Shown here piece by piece: positions 1 to 11,589 of a stretch of DNA of 64,000 nt. The DNA comes from Takakia lepidozioides (Eukaryota > Plantae > Bryophyta). The position numbers and the translations under genes are program-made. The notes beneath the pieces were generated by a model. It worked only from the letters and a program-made list of their open reading frames with translations. It did no database searches and was not told the DNA's origin. Position 1 is the stretch's first letter; the number at the start of each line of letters is the position of its first letter. The DNA is taken from NCBI GenBank assembly GCA_030704615.1, contig CM060732.1:43152001-43216000 (forward strand), in the 5' to 3' direction.

Positions 1-225
1 TGGTGCAACGCACAGACGTCCCGGCCCACGCCGACTTGCAATTGTACGGACTTCTCGTTGATGGAAGCAAAGAAGGGTTCAAAGTATTATCCGTGCAAGC
101 ATCTGTATTACATTTACCTGAAGAGGTTGAGGATGAACGTGACTATCGATGACTTTATTCATGCACCGGCGTTGAGCGTGAACGAGCTGCACAAACTCCT
201 CCTTAGGGATTCCAGAAATCATTGA
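1..225 (+). pseudogene. 3' remnant of MULE-like transposase (SWIM Zn finger), element A
   Basis: Frame 1 reads PTCNCTDFSLMEAKKGSKYYPCKHLYYIYLKRLR...IHAPALSVNELHKLL..* (CxC...CxH SWIM pattern, TGA 223-225). It aligns with 58610-58801 (PTYNCTDF*...YCPCKHLYYVYLKRLR...IHAPRLS). Frame 3 starts VQRTDVP, as at ~58303, so an internal deletion joins the two parts. Confidence 0.8.
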
Positions 226-382
226 TGGGGCAAAGGGAATCCTCCATATGGATATTTTCAATTGCATTTTCATGTATCGGACCTTTTTTTCCAGTGTAAT
301 GAAATGCACCCCAAAACTCCTGGAATGAGGAAATATTCCATTCAAACTGAGATCCAACAGAAGCAGTTGTGGGGCCATTTCT

Positions 383-800
383 AGAAAAATGGCGCCGAAT
401 TTCTCTATTTTGGGCCGAAAACTGGCTAAGTCCCAACATGCACTGGTACCCCTGTGTCTGGAAAAATGGCGCCGAATTTCCCTATTTTGGGCCGAAAACT
501 GGCTAAGTCCAAACATGCACAGGAACAATGTCTGGAAAAATGGCGCCGAATTTCCAGTTACATGGCCCAGAACTGCCCAACATCTGTGCAATCCCCGGCA
601 CCATGTACCGAAATTCGGCGCCACATTTCCAAATTTTGGGCTTACACACCTGTCATGAGGGGACCTATAGCCGCGGAATTCGGCACCATTTTTCGCCAGA
701 GAGACCTATTACAGCGAAATACGTCGCGGTTTTTTCCGCTTACGGACCCTATTACCGCGAAATTCGGCACCATTTTTGCACATGTCGTAGGGATTTGGCA
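383..800. repeat. Subterminal repeats of MULE element A
   Basis: GAAAAATGGCGCCGAATTTC occurs at ~384, ~461 and ~535. Inverted versions AATTCGGC(G/A)CCA occur at ~612, ~677 and ~761. An analogous palindrome AAATGCGGCGCCGCATTT lies in the subterminal region of element C (~59057). Confidence 0.75.
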
Positions 801-944
801 TGAGCGGAAGACGAAATATCATGAGCACAACTCTCAAAACTACAATTTTTCCCTTCAAGGTGCCGAATAATATATTTTTTTTTTCTGACACATTGCATTA
901 AATTAATGTTTTATAATGTTTTTTATTTTCGAAATTTTTACTTC

Positions 945-1020
945 TGCTCATGAAAACCGATTGTCTTGCTACTCCGCTCATGCCGCTCATGCCGCTCATG
1001 CTCATGAAATAGCTAACCTC
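945..1020. mobile_element. Right terminus (TIR-like) of MULE element A
   Basis: (CCGCTCATG)n..GCTCATGAAATAGCTAACCTC closely matches the end of element C at 59565-59631 (GCTCATGAAATAGTAAACCTC), and similarity stops abruptly at both sites. The reverse complement starts with GAG, like Mutator TIRs. Confidence 0.7.
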
Positions 1021-1108
1021 GTTTGTCAGCTCCAAATCAAGTCATGACATTCCTGGTTCTTCGACTTTCTGTGAGACAAATCCACATGTTGCTATCCCTC
1101 CTCAGCCA

Positions 1109-1963
1109 ATGCAACGGGGAAATCCAGTGAGAGAGACACAAGACTTTTCCGATGCATTGTTCAGGATTCTGCGGATAGGTCCTGCTTCCATGGTTCGTTG
1201 TTCTGCATTGGTTGGAGTTTCCAAGGATAAATGCAAAGCGCTCATCAGGAAAGGTAAAGGAAGTCCTGCACCTTGCTTCACTGGCAAGTTACTAGCACCG
1301 AACATGAAAGAACCAAAACTGCAAGTTTTTTGGTTTTGCCCCACAGATGTTTTGTTGTGTGTTGGAGGGACCGTGCCATCCTATTGCTTGGGAAAACCGG
1401 GTATACCTAACGTGTGGCCTGTGAAGGTTGGAACCAACCTTACACAAGCAGAGGTGGACAACTTGACCCTTGCAGGTTTTCGACTAGTCCATCCTCCCAA
1501 CGTTGGGACCACTTCCAGTGGAACAACATATTCATCAAGGTATTGTTCTTCCTGTGGGTAAGTATCCCACTACACGCTATGGGGTGCGCATTTGGCGTCG
1601 GGATCCGACTCCTCGACACTTGAGTCGCCAAGAGTCAGCGGAGACTCTTATTGCTGAGGTTCGTGGATTCGAAAATGTGTCTCAGCCAGGTTATGGGAGA
1701 ATTTACCAGCTACAAACAGAGGGATCTACCAGAGCAGGATTGGTTTACAATGTATACATTGGTCAGTTTCCATCTTGTAATTGTCCCGACTTTGATGAGT
1801 TATCTGTCAAGAAGAAAAAACAAACACATTACCTTGTAAGCACATGTACTTCATGTACAACGTGCATCTAGGATGCGCCGGGGCTTATGAGATCCACCAA
1901 CCTTCCCTTAGCCAGTTAGAGGTTAGGGCTATGCTAAAGAAGGACCCTAGTTCAACTTCTTAG
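1109..1963 (+). pseudogene. Second MULE-like transposase C-terminal remnant (FWFC..WPV module + SWIM), frameshifted
   Basis: ORFs 1109-1561 (PAPCFTG..FWFCPTD..CVGG..VWPVKVGTNLTQAEVDNLTLAGF) and 1503-1871 (PGYGRIY..VYIGQFPSCNCPDF) continue after a frameshift as PCKHMYF..IHQPSLS..* (TAG 1961-1963). Homologous to 5261-5973 and 57960-58801. Confidence 0.75.
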
Positions 1964-2177
1964 TGACACATGAAATGCACAAAAAAAGAACCTCTAACTT
2001 GTGCCGTTCATTTTCATGCATGTGACATGTAATTATCTTGTTACTACTTTATTCCAAACATGACACATAGCATTTGTTAGTACAGAAGTTCCTATTTTGG
2101 TTAAAATGGAACTTGTGTACCTGTCATACAAGTTTTCAAATTATAGAACCGCTTGGCATTACAAACAGACATGCAAT

Positions 2178-2470
2178 GCCCATTTAGACATGAGAAAACA
2201 ACTAGAAAAGGGGCACAAACAGTGTGCGTTGATGCACACTGTTTGGTGCTTCCAATTAAGGGTTTTTTGACATGGCATTCTGGCCCTGTGTGGCCCATTT
2301 GGACATCCAAAAACAGGTTGAGGGAGGGGCACAAACAGTGTGCATTGACGTACACTGTTTGGTGCATCCACCTACGGGTGTCGTGAACTTGGCACACTGG
2401 CCCTGTGTGGCCCATTTAGACATGAAAAAACAACTAGAAAGAGGGGCAGAAATAGTGTGCATTGACATAT
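2178..2470. repeat. Tandem repeat, ~115-120 bp unit x ~2.5, with an internal hairpin
   Basis: Units start GCCCATTT(A/G)GACAT at ~2178, ~2293 and ~2410. The first two carry AAACAGTGTGC-N6-G(C/T)ACACTGTTT. Confidence 0.8.
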
Positions 2471-2474
2471 CAGG

Positions 2475-5400
2475 CAACTTTGGCTTAGTGTTGGGAAACT
2501 TGTCCAGGGAGGGAGACAGACTCGCACGATTTCATTCCAATGCAGGTAGTCTTCCACTGACTGCCACTGCAGATGACGATGGGTTTGCAGTAGTTCATGA
2601 GGATGAGCTGGTTACAGTGTTCCCTCTGGAATTTGGTTATCTGCTTGTTCAAAAAGAGGTGTATGACGAAGACGGGAATTTGGATTATGGGCACTTGCAG
2701 AAACCATTGGTTGGCGAGTGTGGGAAGAAGTGAAGAGTTCTTCCAGGCACATATCGGGTCCTAGGAAAAGAGAGAAGACAATCAGCAGGCTCAGTAGTTA
2801 CCCCTGGCACTGCAGCATCGGTCGTGCAGCAGAAGAACACAGTTCGTGTGAAACAAGAGGTGAGCACATCCACTACATTCGTGACTCTTTCAGACTCGTC
2901 CTCGGAGGACGTTTATGAGATTCCTCCGCCAGTCCAGACTCCATTCTTGGATGATGACGGATTGCAGGAGATAACGAGTGTCATTCCCAAATTGAAAGCC
3001 CTCGCAGGGGTGCCTGGATGCAAGAGTGAGCTGCGTTTTGTTGATTGGGAGTCCCTTCGGGTGAAGAGGGTTCAATATGTGCCAGCAGAGTTTGACGGGG
3101 ATATTTTGTTTGAGCTCAACCCTCCCACGTCTTCCAGTGGACTAGCTGGGCTTCTGCAGGCATGGACAAGAAACATGACGGTCACCCTTGGTGCAGGACA
3201 AAAACATCGAACATCCACAACGACATTGGACTGAAATTTTGAAGGTCGGTTTGCGTTGGACATTGCAAGTGCCTGAATACTTCTTGCCCTGGCTTGAGAA
3301 ACAGCTCTAAACCAAACGAACGTGAGTGGGAAAGGGTCCTCTTGAATCCTTTCACACCAGGGCTTGCCCCTCCCAAGACCAATACTTTTGTGTGCAGGTT
3401 CTGCAAACTTTCCCCGTCCTGTGTTTCTGTGTGCCACACTCGTATGTACCACGTGGCACACCACTGCAACACAATGACTCGTGCCTGCATTCATATGGGT
3501 ACACACGACCATCCTGTGTCGAAGGGAAACCTTCTGCTATAGCGCTTGCAGCTAGCAAGGCATTCCTGAAAAAAAAACATATTGGGTGAAGGGGATGCGA
3601 CACAACCAATGTTGGATGCAGATTCGCTTGATATAGTTATGGACCATTTCTCCGTGTTGAGCTCTCCCAATATTCGAAACTAGGTGAATGCACTCAGAAT
3701 GGGCACAGGCAGTGCTGGATTCATGGACAACATTATGGATCTCAAACGGAGGAGTCGATGTGAATTCATTCAAAACAGTATTTTCCCTGGCCAGGGCTCG
3801 TCCAAGGTGTATTTGTTCAAGATGACCACAGTGGGCGAAGACAGTGGCGTAAGCATTGTCCGCCGAATGCAACCTGGAGGAGATTTGGCAAAATGTTGGT
3901 TAATGTTTGATCACTGCAAACGGGTGAAGGGTTGGACAACCATGGCATGCCATGTGTACGATCCAGCGTACCAGCATGTGCTCTCCATAGCAATTTGTGA
4001 TATGCAGTCAGAGGACACTGAATCCCAAATGCTCATGTGGAATTCTCTCCTGGCCTCATGCAGTGCAATGAAATGCAGAACACAAATTTTGCGGGGTTCA
4101 TGGCTGATAGTGCACAGGCAAATTTCAATGCAGTGTGGCGCGTCTTTGGTTCGGGGGATCCTAAGGTCCCAATGGAAAATAGGGAGCACACATGCCTCTT
4201 CCATTGGAGTCAATATCTGGCACATCATACAAAGCGTTGCATTCGACCTGACTCCAGTTGGAGCACAGAAGGCTCTACCTCCAGTACAAAAATACCACGT
4301 CAATGGGAGAAGCTGAGAGCACTTACCAAGCAATCCGGGCTTGGTGGTTCTCCTCTGATGCTGCTACTGGGATCCACCTGAAGGAATTGGAGGACTGGTT
4401 GGTTTTCTGGCACTTCAGGTACAGACAGTGGGGAGCTTTCATGACGACGGTAAGCCTCTTAAATCCTAGGAACACAAATTTCACTTTGCATCGTGCCTGT
4501 TCCTTTGGGGTTGTTGGATTGTCACTTGCAGAACCTCTTCCATTTCCTTTCGTTCCTCACATATGCGTGCAATGCCTCCTGCAGGACATGTCCTTGGAGG
4601 ACTTGGCCGACATGCCTTCCTGTAATTTGGCGGAGACTGTTCACAATGCCTGGATGCAGCAGTCTACCAAAGCAGGACGTGACTTATATGTGGCCACTGC
4701 AGATGACATGGTGCGGGCACTTACACGACATACCAAATACCGCAATTTTCTGATAGAATGGGGAGGAGGCAAGGGCCCTGATACGACTTTGTTGATGCTA
4801 AGGGCTACGAGCAGGTCCGGAGACCCATCGAAGATGGCGAGAGCTCTGAACAAGTGCACTGAAGGCTCCCCTTTGCAATCCAGGGTCCCCCATTTGGAAG
4901 GCGAGGAAACATTTGGATCATGCAAAAGGAAATTGAACACTCCTCCAGGGTCGGATGGAGATTCCCATCGGCCGGACAGGGTCAATTTCTCTGTACCAAA
5001 GGTGTCCGGTGCAGACTAAGTCATGTGCCCGCCCCTTCCCAGGTGGGTCTTCTTCCAGTGGAGCAGGTGCAAATCATGCAAGCACAGCAGCAGGAATCCC
5101 ATTGGAGGAGGTGGTGTCCTTGGTGCATGAATCTGATTGCATTGACAGTGAGTGGCATATAAAGAGTGGCTTGCATGGCAATTCGGACCCCTCTTTCAAG
5201 AAATGCAAATAAAAAATATGCAAAGGCTCTAGGGGGACTCCAGCTCCAACATTCACAGGGTTGTTCCGACCTTATCATAGTGGGGAGTCAAAGGACCACA
5301 AGTTCTGGTTCTGCCCAGACGATATGGCACGATGCGTCAAGGGAACAGTTCGTCCTTCGGTGATAATGAAGCCCCCTCCGCCCGCAATTTGGCCTGTGAA

Positions 5401-5973
5401 ACTTGGGACGTTGCTGTCATCAAACGAGATAAGCATGCTAGAGGAGGGGGGGGTTCCGTCTTGCACGGTCCCGGGTGGTGCCCTCATGCACTCTGGGCAC
5501 AGATGTGCCACATGCTCCGGCAATGCCTCCACCCGGTGCCGACTCCCACCCAACAAAAAGAGATGGAAAAACAGTGCGCCGTGGCGCTTCAGGTGCAGAT
5601 CACGACTGCAAGATGGAATCGGCTAGAATTCTGTAGGCTCGGGTGACTCGTATCACCGAAGTGCTGGCCCCGGGGTATGGACGGATTTACACAGTGTTGT
5701 CTACTGGCTCAGTTCTTCATGGCAAAGAATCATGTTACCGTGGGGAATTTCCCTGCGTGCACTTGTTCGGATTTTATAACGATGCGTGAGGGCGCTCTCG
5801 GCATGAGAGGGAAGTGGGTCCCCTGCAAGCATCAATATTACATATACCTTATAATTATGTGCTATGACGGTAAGATAGACCAATTCATTCACCAGGCCAC
5901 ACTAGACTATGGAGAAGTCATCACTCTTCTGCAGCGAGACACCTGCCGTGGGGCTCCGCCAGATTCTCAGTGA
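2475..5973 (+). pseudogene. Mutator/MULE-like DDE transposase with N-terminal GCM/WRKY-like Zn domain and C-terminal SWIM (element B), several frameshifts, one intron
   Basis: Stitched frames give DGHPWCRTKTSNI..C.GHCKCLN..C..VCRFCK..C..RMY..RACIHMGTHDHPV (Zn/DNA-binding). Then WLMFDHCKRV (D, 3909), GFMADSAQAN (D, 4106), CLFHW (MULE CxxH, 4193), and CNLAETVH (E, 4633) after GT-AG intron 4450-4584. Then the FWFCPDD..WPVKLG module and the SWIM FPACTCSDF..PCKHQYY. Confidence 0.85.
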
Positions 5974-6284
5974 ACAAAAACGAGCCATGCCCACTCCCCG
6001 TGCTGGTTTCCAGCTTATCGTGTGGAGTCTTTACATGTATGACAGACACATACATTTTATTCGCGGAACCAGGGCAATTGCACATGCCATTCATTGTAGG
6101 CGTCTTTATCTAAATTGAAATAAAGTGTGACGATCATTTTGAGCTCAAATCTGCCATATGTTCATATTCCTCTTTTTGTGCAAACATTGCAGACATGGTG
6201 CATGGTGGCCCCTTTGTTTTGTCCACGGTAATAGGCCCTCTTCCTGCAATCCTCGCCTATAGGGCCTGCTTCTCCAACACATTT

Positions 6285-6356
6285 GTGCCGCTCACGCTTC
6301 CTTGAAGCGTGAGCTCAGCTCCCAGGCTCACGGGGCTGGGCTCACGCCGTAGCTAC
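6285..6356. mobile_element. Probable right terminus of element B (GCTCACG motifs, hairpin)
   Basis: Hairpin GCTCACGCTTC-CTT-GAAGCGTGAGC followed by GCTCACGG..GCTCACGCCGTAGCTAC. The sequence switches abruptly to the unrelated modular repeat at ~6361. The reverse complement matches 59957-59980 at 20 of 24 nt. Confidence 0.5.
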
Positions 6357-6360
6357 GCTG

Positions 6361-7366
6361 CGCTGGGATACGTAGAAGATCTTACACTTGGGCTTAGATG
6401 ACAGTGGACCTTTGGGCTTAGATGACACTGGACACTTGGGCCAACGGCACAGGCTACCCTAGTCAATATATTAATTAAGACATTTGTTTGTTTTTTTTGT
6501 TTTGTTTTGTAGCGTTGAGATGTCCCGAACCGCAAGGCCCCAGCGCCGGTGCTTGGTACCGTTGGAAAGCCCTCGATGAGGAGGGGTGCACCGGCTTGGT
6601 CTCATGATTTTTGGACATGCGGTATGGGAGATACGGAATTCCAAGTACTTTTGGTCGCTGGAAATTCACAAAAAATAGCGAAAATGGCACAAAGTGGGCA
6701 TTCTTGGACAATGGTTGGAGCCTCGACGGGAGAGATATCGAGGGAAAGGTCTCCGGGTCAAATCTGGTCGTAGGCTCTCTGAAAAAAAAAATTAAAAAAA
6801 TGATTAGATATGGGATTGCACTTGGACTTAGATGACACTGGACACTTGGGCCTATACATGGGAGATGCACTTGGATACATGAATAGAAGATTGCACTTCG
6901 GCTTAGATTTCAATTCTTCACACATGGGCCTTGACATAGGAGACGCTACTTGAATACATAGGGGATTGCACGTGGACTTAGATTTCAATTCTTCACACAT
7001 GGGCCAATGGCGCAGGCTACCGTAGGCCTAGATCTCCCAAATAGGAGGGTCTCTAGATACGTAGGGGATTGCACTTGGACTTAGAGGACACTCGACACTT
7101 GGGCCAACGGCACAGGCTACCCTAGTATCAATATATGAGGCCTTGATATGGGAGATTGCAAAAATAGCAAAGTGGGCTTTGGATTGCATTTGCACTTAGG
7201 TGACATTGGAGACTGGAGGTCGCACTTGGGCCTCTACATGGGAGACACACATGGATACATAGGAGATTGCACTTGGGCTTAGATTTCAATTCTTCATGAC
7301 ACATGGGCCAATGGCACAGGCTACCCTAGATCTCCCAAGCATTGGGGTCTCTTGATACATAGGGGA
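6361..7366 (+). repeat. Modular TE-derived repeat family, block 1
   Basis: Recurrent modules CACTTGGGCTTAGATGACACTGGACACTTGGGCCAACGGCACAGGCTACCCTAG and ...GGATACATAGGAGATTG..., plus a longer module (TTTGTTTTGTAGCGTTGAGATGTCCC..GTACCGTTGGAAAGCCCTCGA..CAAGTACTTTTGGTCGCTGGAAATTC). Confidence 0.85.
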
Positions 7367-7527
7367 GGACACCACGGCACCAACTGCCCGTTGTCGTTGC
7401 TTAAATAAAAGTTGAAATCTAGTTCGGCCTGCATCATGTGCCCCTGATCGGTAAAGAGGCAGCAGGCACTGAGCACACTCCCGTGAAGGGTTGGCCACCA
7501 GCAAGTTCGAGTAAAACCACCACATGT
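7367..7527 (-). pseudogene. Cyanovirin-N homolog (CVNH), first half-repeat, truncated by the repeat
   Basis: After a putative acceptor (aaaacag|, 7528) it reads TCGGFTRTCWWPTLHGSVLSACCLFTDQGHMMQAELDFNFYLSNDNGQLVPWC. This fits the cyanovirin repeat-1 pattern F..TC.....GS.L...C....G......D.N..(I/L).N.(N/D)G.L. Confidence 0.7.
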
Positions 7528-8391
7528 CTGTTTTTGAACGGTCATGCCACAATATACACACACATCCATGAATTAATCATTTGTATCTTCGTCCGTTGGA
7601 AATTGGAACAATAAATGCATAGGATACATGTCGAGAGCATATTGTCATTCCAGTAGCACGCTTCATCCAAATCCACGAGCAGTAGGCGGGTACGAGTTTG
7701 AAAAATTTGAACAAAAAGTGAAATTTGATTTTTTATTTTTTATTTTTTATTTTTAAAGTGTAGCCGGAGGTATCTATTAGTGTTGCACGGATAGTTGATA
7801 GTTTTTATATCAGCCGGTTACGGATGCCTGACTTTAACCTGATACCTAGAGAACTGTTATATATATATCTATGACACTCAACTCCAAAAGCACCCACAAC
7901 AATGGACAGGTTGATTATCGAGAATCTACTGCAAGACATGAAGATGACTGCAAAAATCTTGACATGGAAGCACCATACTAAAATTCACCGACGAAAAGTA
8001 TTTTGATCAGCAGGTAACTGCAGAAGATTGAAAGATGAGGACGTGTGCTAATTAGTCATGATATTGATCTTCGCTAGGAGCCCTTGTCGAGGAACGGATC
8101 ACGGGAGACCGATGCTTGCAACTATTGTCTATCTTCCTACTCACCAAGATGGCCTTAGATCATAGCTGATATATGGTATCACGATGGGAAGCTACATAGT
8201 GTTGAATCCTCGCGAGTGATGTTATGATTGGCAGACCTGCAAACTTGAGTAGTGTGATTGATGGAGTGTCATCACTATCATGCCTTCTAAATATCCTCGG
8301 TTCAACCACTGGGTTATCGGTAGCCATTCTTTTATTGGTGATTTATTGCCAAATTGTGACTTTGAACGGCCCTGGCGAATGAGGTTAAGGA

Positions 8392-10497
8392 AAGTCAATA
8401 TATGAAGGAAGCCAGTTTGTTTGTTTGTTTGTTTGTTTGTTGTTTTGTTTTGTTTTGTAACATTGATCAGATGTCCCAAACCGCGAGGCCCCGGCGCCGG
8501 TGCTTGGTACCGTTGGAAAGCCCTCGACGAGGAGGCCCGGTGCCTTGGCTTGGTCTCGTGACTTTTGGACCTGTGGTGTGGGAGATGTGGAATTCCAAGT
8601 ACTTTTGGTTGCCGGAAATTCGAGAAAAATAGCAAAATGGGCATTCCTAGGACAATGGTTGGAGCCTCGACGGGAGAGATATCAAAGGAAAGGTCTCCAG
8701 TTCAAATCTGGTCGTAGGCTCTGTGGAAAAAAATATAATGAGATATTTCTAAAACGAATTTCAAGTACTTTTGGTCGTTGGAGAATGATTGGAGCCTCGA
8801 CAGGCCGAAGATATCAAAGGAAAGATCTCCGGTTCAAATCTGGTCGTAGGCCCTGTGGAAAAATAATGATTAGACTTAGATGACTTAGATGACATTGGAC
8901 ACTTGGCACATGCTACCCTAGAGGTCGCATTTGGGCCGCAACATAGGAGACGCACTTGGATACATAGGAGATTGCACTTGGACTTAGATTTCAATTCTTC
9001 ACACATGGGCCAACGGCATAGGCTACACTAGAGGTCACACTTGGGCCTCAACATGGAGACGCATTGGTCCTAAATTTTCAATTCTTCACACATGGGTCAA
9101 AGGTACAGGCTATCCTAGAGGCTAGGTTGCACTTGGGCCTCAACATAAGAGACGCACTGGGATACATAAAAGATCTTACACTTGGACTTACATGACACTT
9201 CACACTTGGGCCCACGGCACATGCTACCCTAGAGGTCGCATTTGGGCCTCGACATAGGAGACGCACTTGGATACAAAGAGGATTGCACTTGGACTTAGAT
9301 GACTTGGAGCCAGTTTGTTTGTTTTGTTTTGTTTTGTTTTGTAGCGTTGTTAAGATGTCCCAAAACCAGCCCTGGTGCTTGGTGTCGTTGGAAAGCCCTT
9401 GATGAGGAGGGGTGCACCGGCTTGGTCTCATAATTTTTGGATCCGCGATGTGGGAGATATGGAATTTTGAGTACTTTTGGTTGCTGGAAATTCGGGAAAA
9501 ATAGCACAGTAGGGTTTCTTGGATTGCCCATTCATGTGGGAGATTTGGAATTTCAAGTATTTTTGGTCGCTGGAAATTTACAAAAAGTAGCAAGGTGGAT
9601 ATCAATATATGAATTAAGACGATTTGTTTGTTTTGTTTTGTTTTGTTTTGTCACGTTGAGATGTCCCAAACCGCAGGGCCCGCCCAGCCTGCTTGGTACC
9701 GTTGGAAAACCCTCAACGAGGAGGGGTGCACGGGCTTGGTCTCATGATTTTTGGACGAGCGGTGTGGGAGATGAGAAATTCCAAGTACTTTTGGTCGTTG
9801 AAAATTCACAAACAAAGGCAAAAATGGCAAAGTGGGCATTCCTGGGACAATGGGCCAACGGCATAGGCTACCTAGAAATTCGGGAAAAATAGCAAAGTGG
9901 CTTTTCTGGACAATGATTGGAGACTCGACAAGACATATGGCATTTAACATGGGAGACGAACTTGGATACATAGGAGATTGCACTTGGGCTTAGATGACAC
10001 CGGACACTTGGGCCTCTACAGAGAGATGCACTTGGATACATGAATAAAAGATTGCACTTGGGCTTAAATGGGCCTTGACATAAGAGACGCACTTGCATAC
10101 ATAGGAAATTGCACTTGGTCTTAGGTTTCAATTCTTCACACATAGGCCAAAGGCGTAGGCTACACTAGAGGTCGCACTTGGGCCTCAACATAGGAGATGC
10201 ACTGGGATAGATAGGAAATTGTACTTGGTCTTAGATTTCATTTCTTCACACACATGGGCCAAAGGCACATGCTACCCTAGAGGTCGCACTTGGGCCTCGA
10301 CAGAGAGGACGCGCTGGGATACGTAGAAGATCTTACACTTGGGCTTAGATGACACTGGACTTGGGCCAACGGCACAGGCTACCCTAGTCAATATATAAAT
10401 TAAGACATTTGTTTGTTGTTTTGTAGCGTTGAGATGTCCCGAACTGCAAGGCCCCAACGCCGGTGCTTGGTACCGTTGGAAAACCCTCGACGAGGAT
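8392..10497 (+). repeat. Modular TE-derived repeat family, block 2 (same orientation as block 1)
   Basis: Same modules as 6361-7366. Long-module copies start at ~8392, ~9308, ~9600 and ~10385 (the last is truncated at ~10497). Confidence 0.85.
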
Positions 10498-11589
10498 GCA
10501 AACTGTCCTGAAACTGGTGCGGATTTGTCTAATAAAAGCACACATGTGGGAGGAAATTCAAGTTCTGCCGCATACGACATTGGCAGTGCAGCAATGATAT
10601 ATCCCTCTTCCACCGGCCTCGCTCTCATTTTGCTCTTCACTCTTCTCTTCTGTGCCCATGTCCTCTCTGCTCTGTGTTCTTGTTGTGTCGTGAGGCCATG
10701 TCGTGCCCGAATCACATCTATCGACGTCAGACGGGACTCATTGCCCCGAAAGCTGACGACGTGTGCGAAACCCCGACAATTGAACATGACTCGGGCGACC
10801 ACAGAACTGTCTGTTCTGCCAAAGGATAACCACAACTGGCGACGAGGTTGGCGTTCAATGTTCCTCTTCAGCTGGGGAGTTGGGAGGGACGTGAGAACTT
10901 TATCATTTGCGAAATGACTTTATAGCTGAATCTACATGACACTCTTCCACAATATTTGGTTATCATATGAACCTTTGTGAATGATCCCTAAATATTTTGA
11001 AACATAATTCTCATGTTTCATTGACATCCAACCTTATTCCATTCAACGTTGTAGTCTCAATTGAAAACTTGCAATACATTGGTTCATGGTACTACTATAC
11101 TTTAAGCATAGTATGGATGTTTACTTTTCATTTGTATATTATCTTTTTGAATCATCTGTTTATGTCATACATCTATCAATTTATTAATAACTTCACTCAA
11201 TCGATCTTATATTTGTAATATTCTGATGCAAAGTACGTCATTCCACTTACCATTCGATGTTACATGAATGGGATTGTGCAACTTCATAAGTTAAATGACT
11301 CAATATTCCACGACATTATTAGTAATACCTGAATAAATTTTAATTATGTTATATTAAGTTTGTTCTGGATTTAAGCCAAAAGTCCGGAATTACTTAAAAT
11401 ATGGTTAATAGCATATGGGTGTTGTGACAAGTCATCTCTACATAATGAGAATGATAGATTCATGTTTGAGAAAGAGCCCAGTATCCGACATGAGTAACAT
11501 ATACATGCTAAAATGTGACCCTAAGGTATTACAAATTTACTGACTGAGAATTTGAAGAAGCAGTACTGCATTGGCCAAACCTGATAATT

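Noticed and set aside
79-891. Overlapping ORFs with repeated MAPNF/WRRIS peptides
   Set aside because: They are artefacts of the subterminal repeats.
6289-6352. Helitron 3' end (hairpin + ..GTAG)
   Set aside because: It does not end in CTRR, no Rep/helicase is present, and it follows a MULE transposase and resembles the terminus at 59947.
7850-7975. Signal-peptide exon of the CVNH gene (KIFAVIFM..IVVGAFGVEC, - strand)
   Set aside because: Position and hydrophobicity are plausible, but no convincing start and donor combination could be established.
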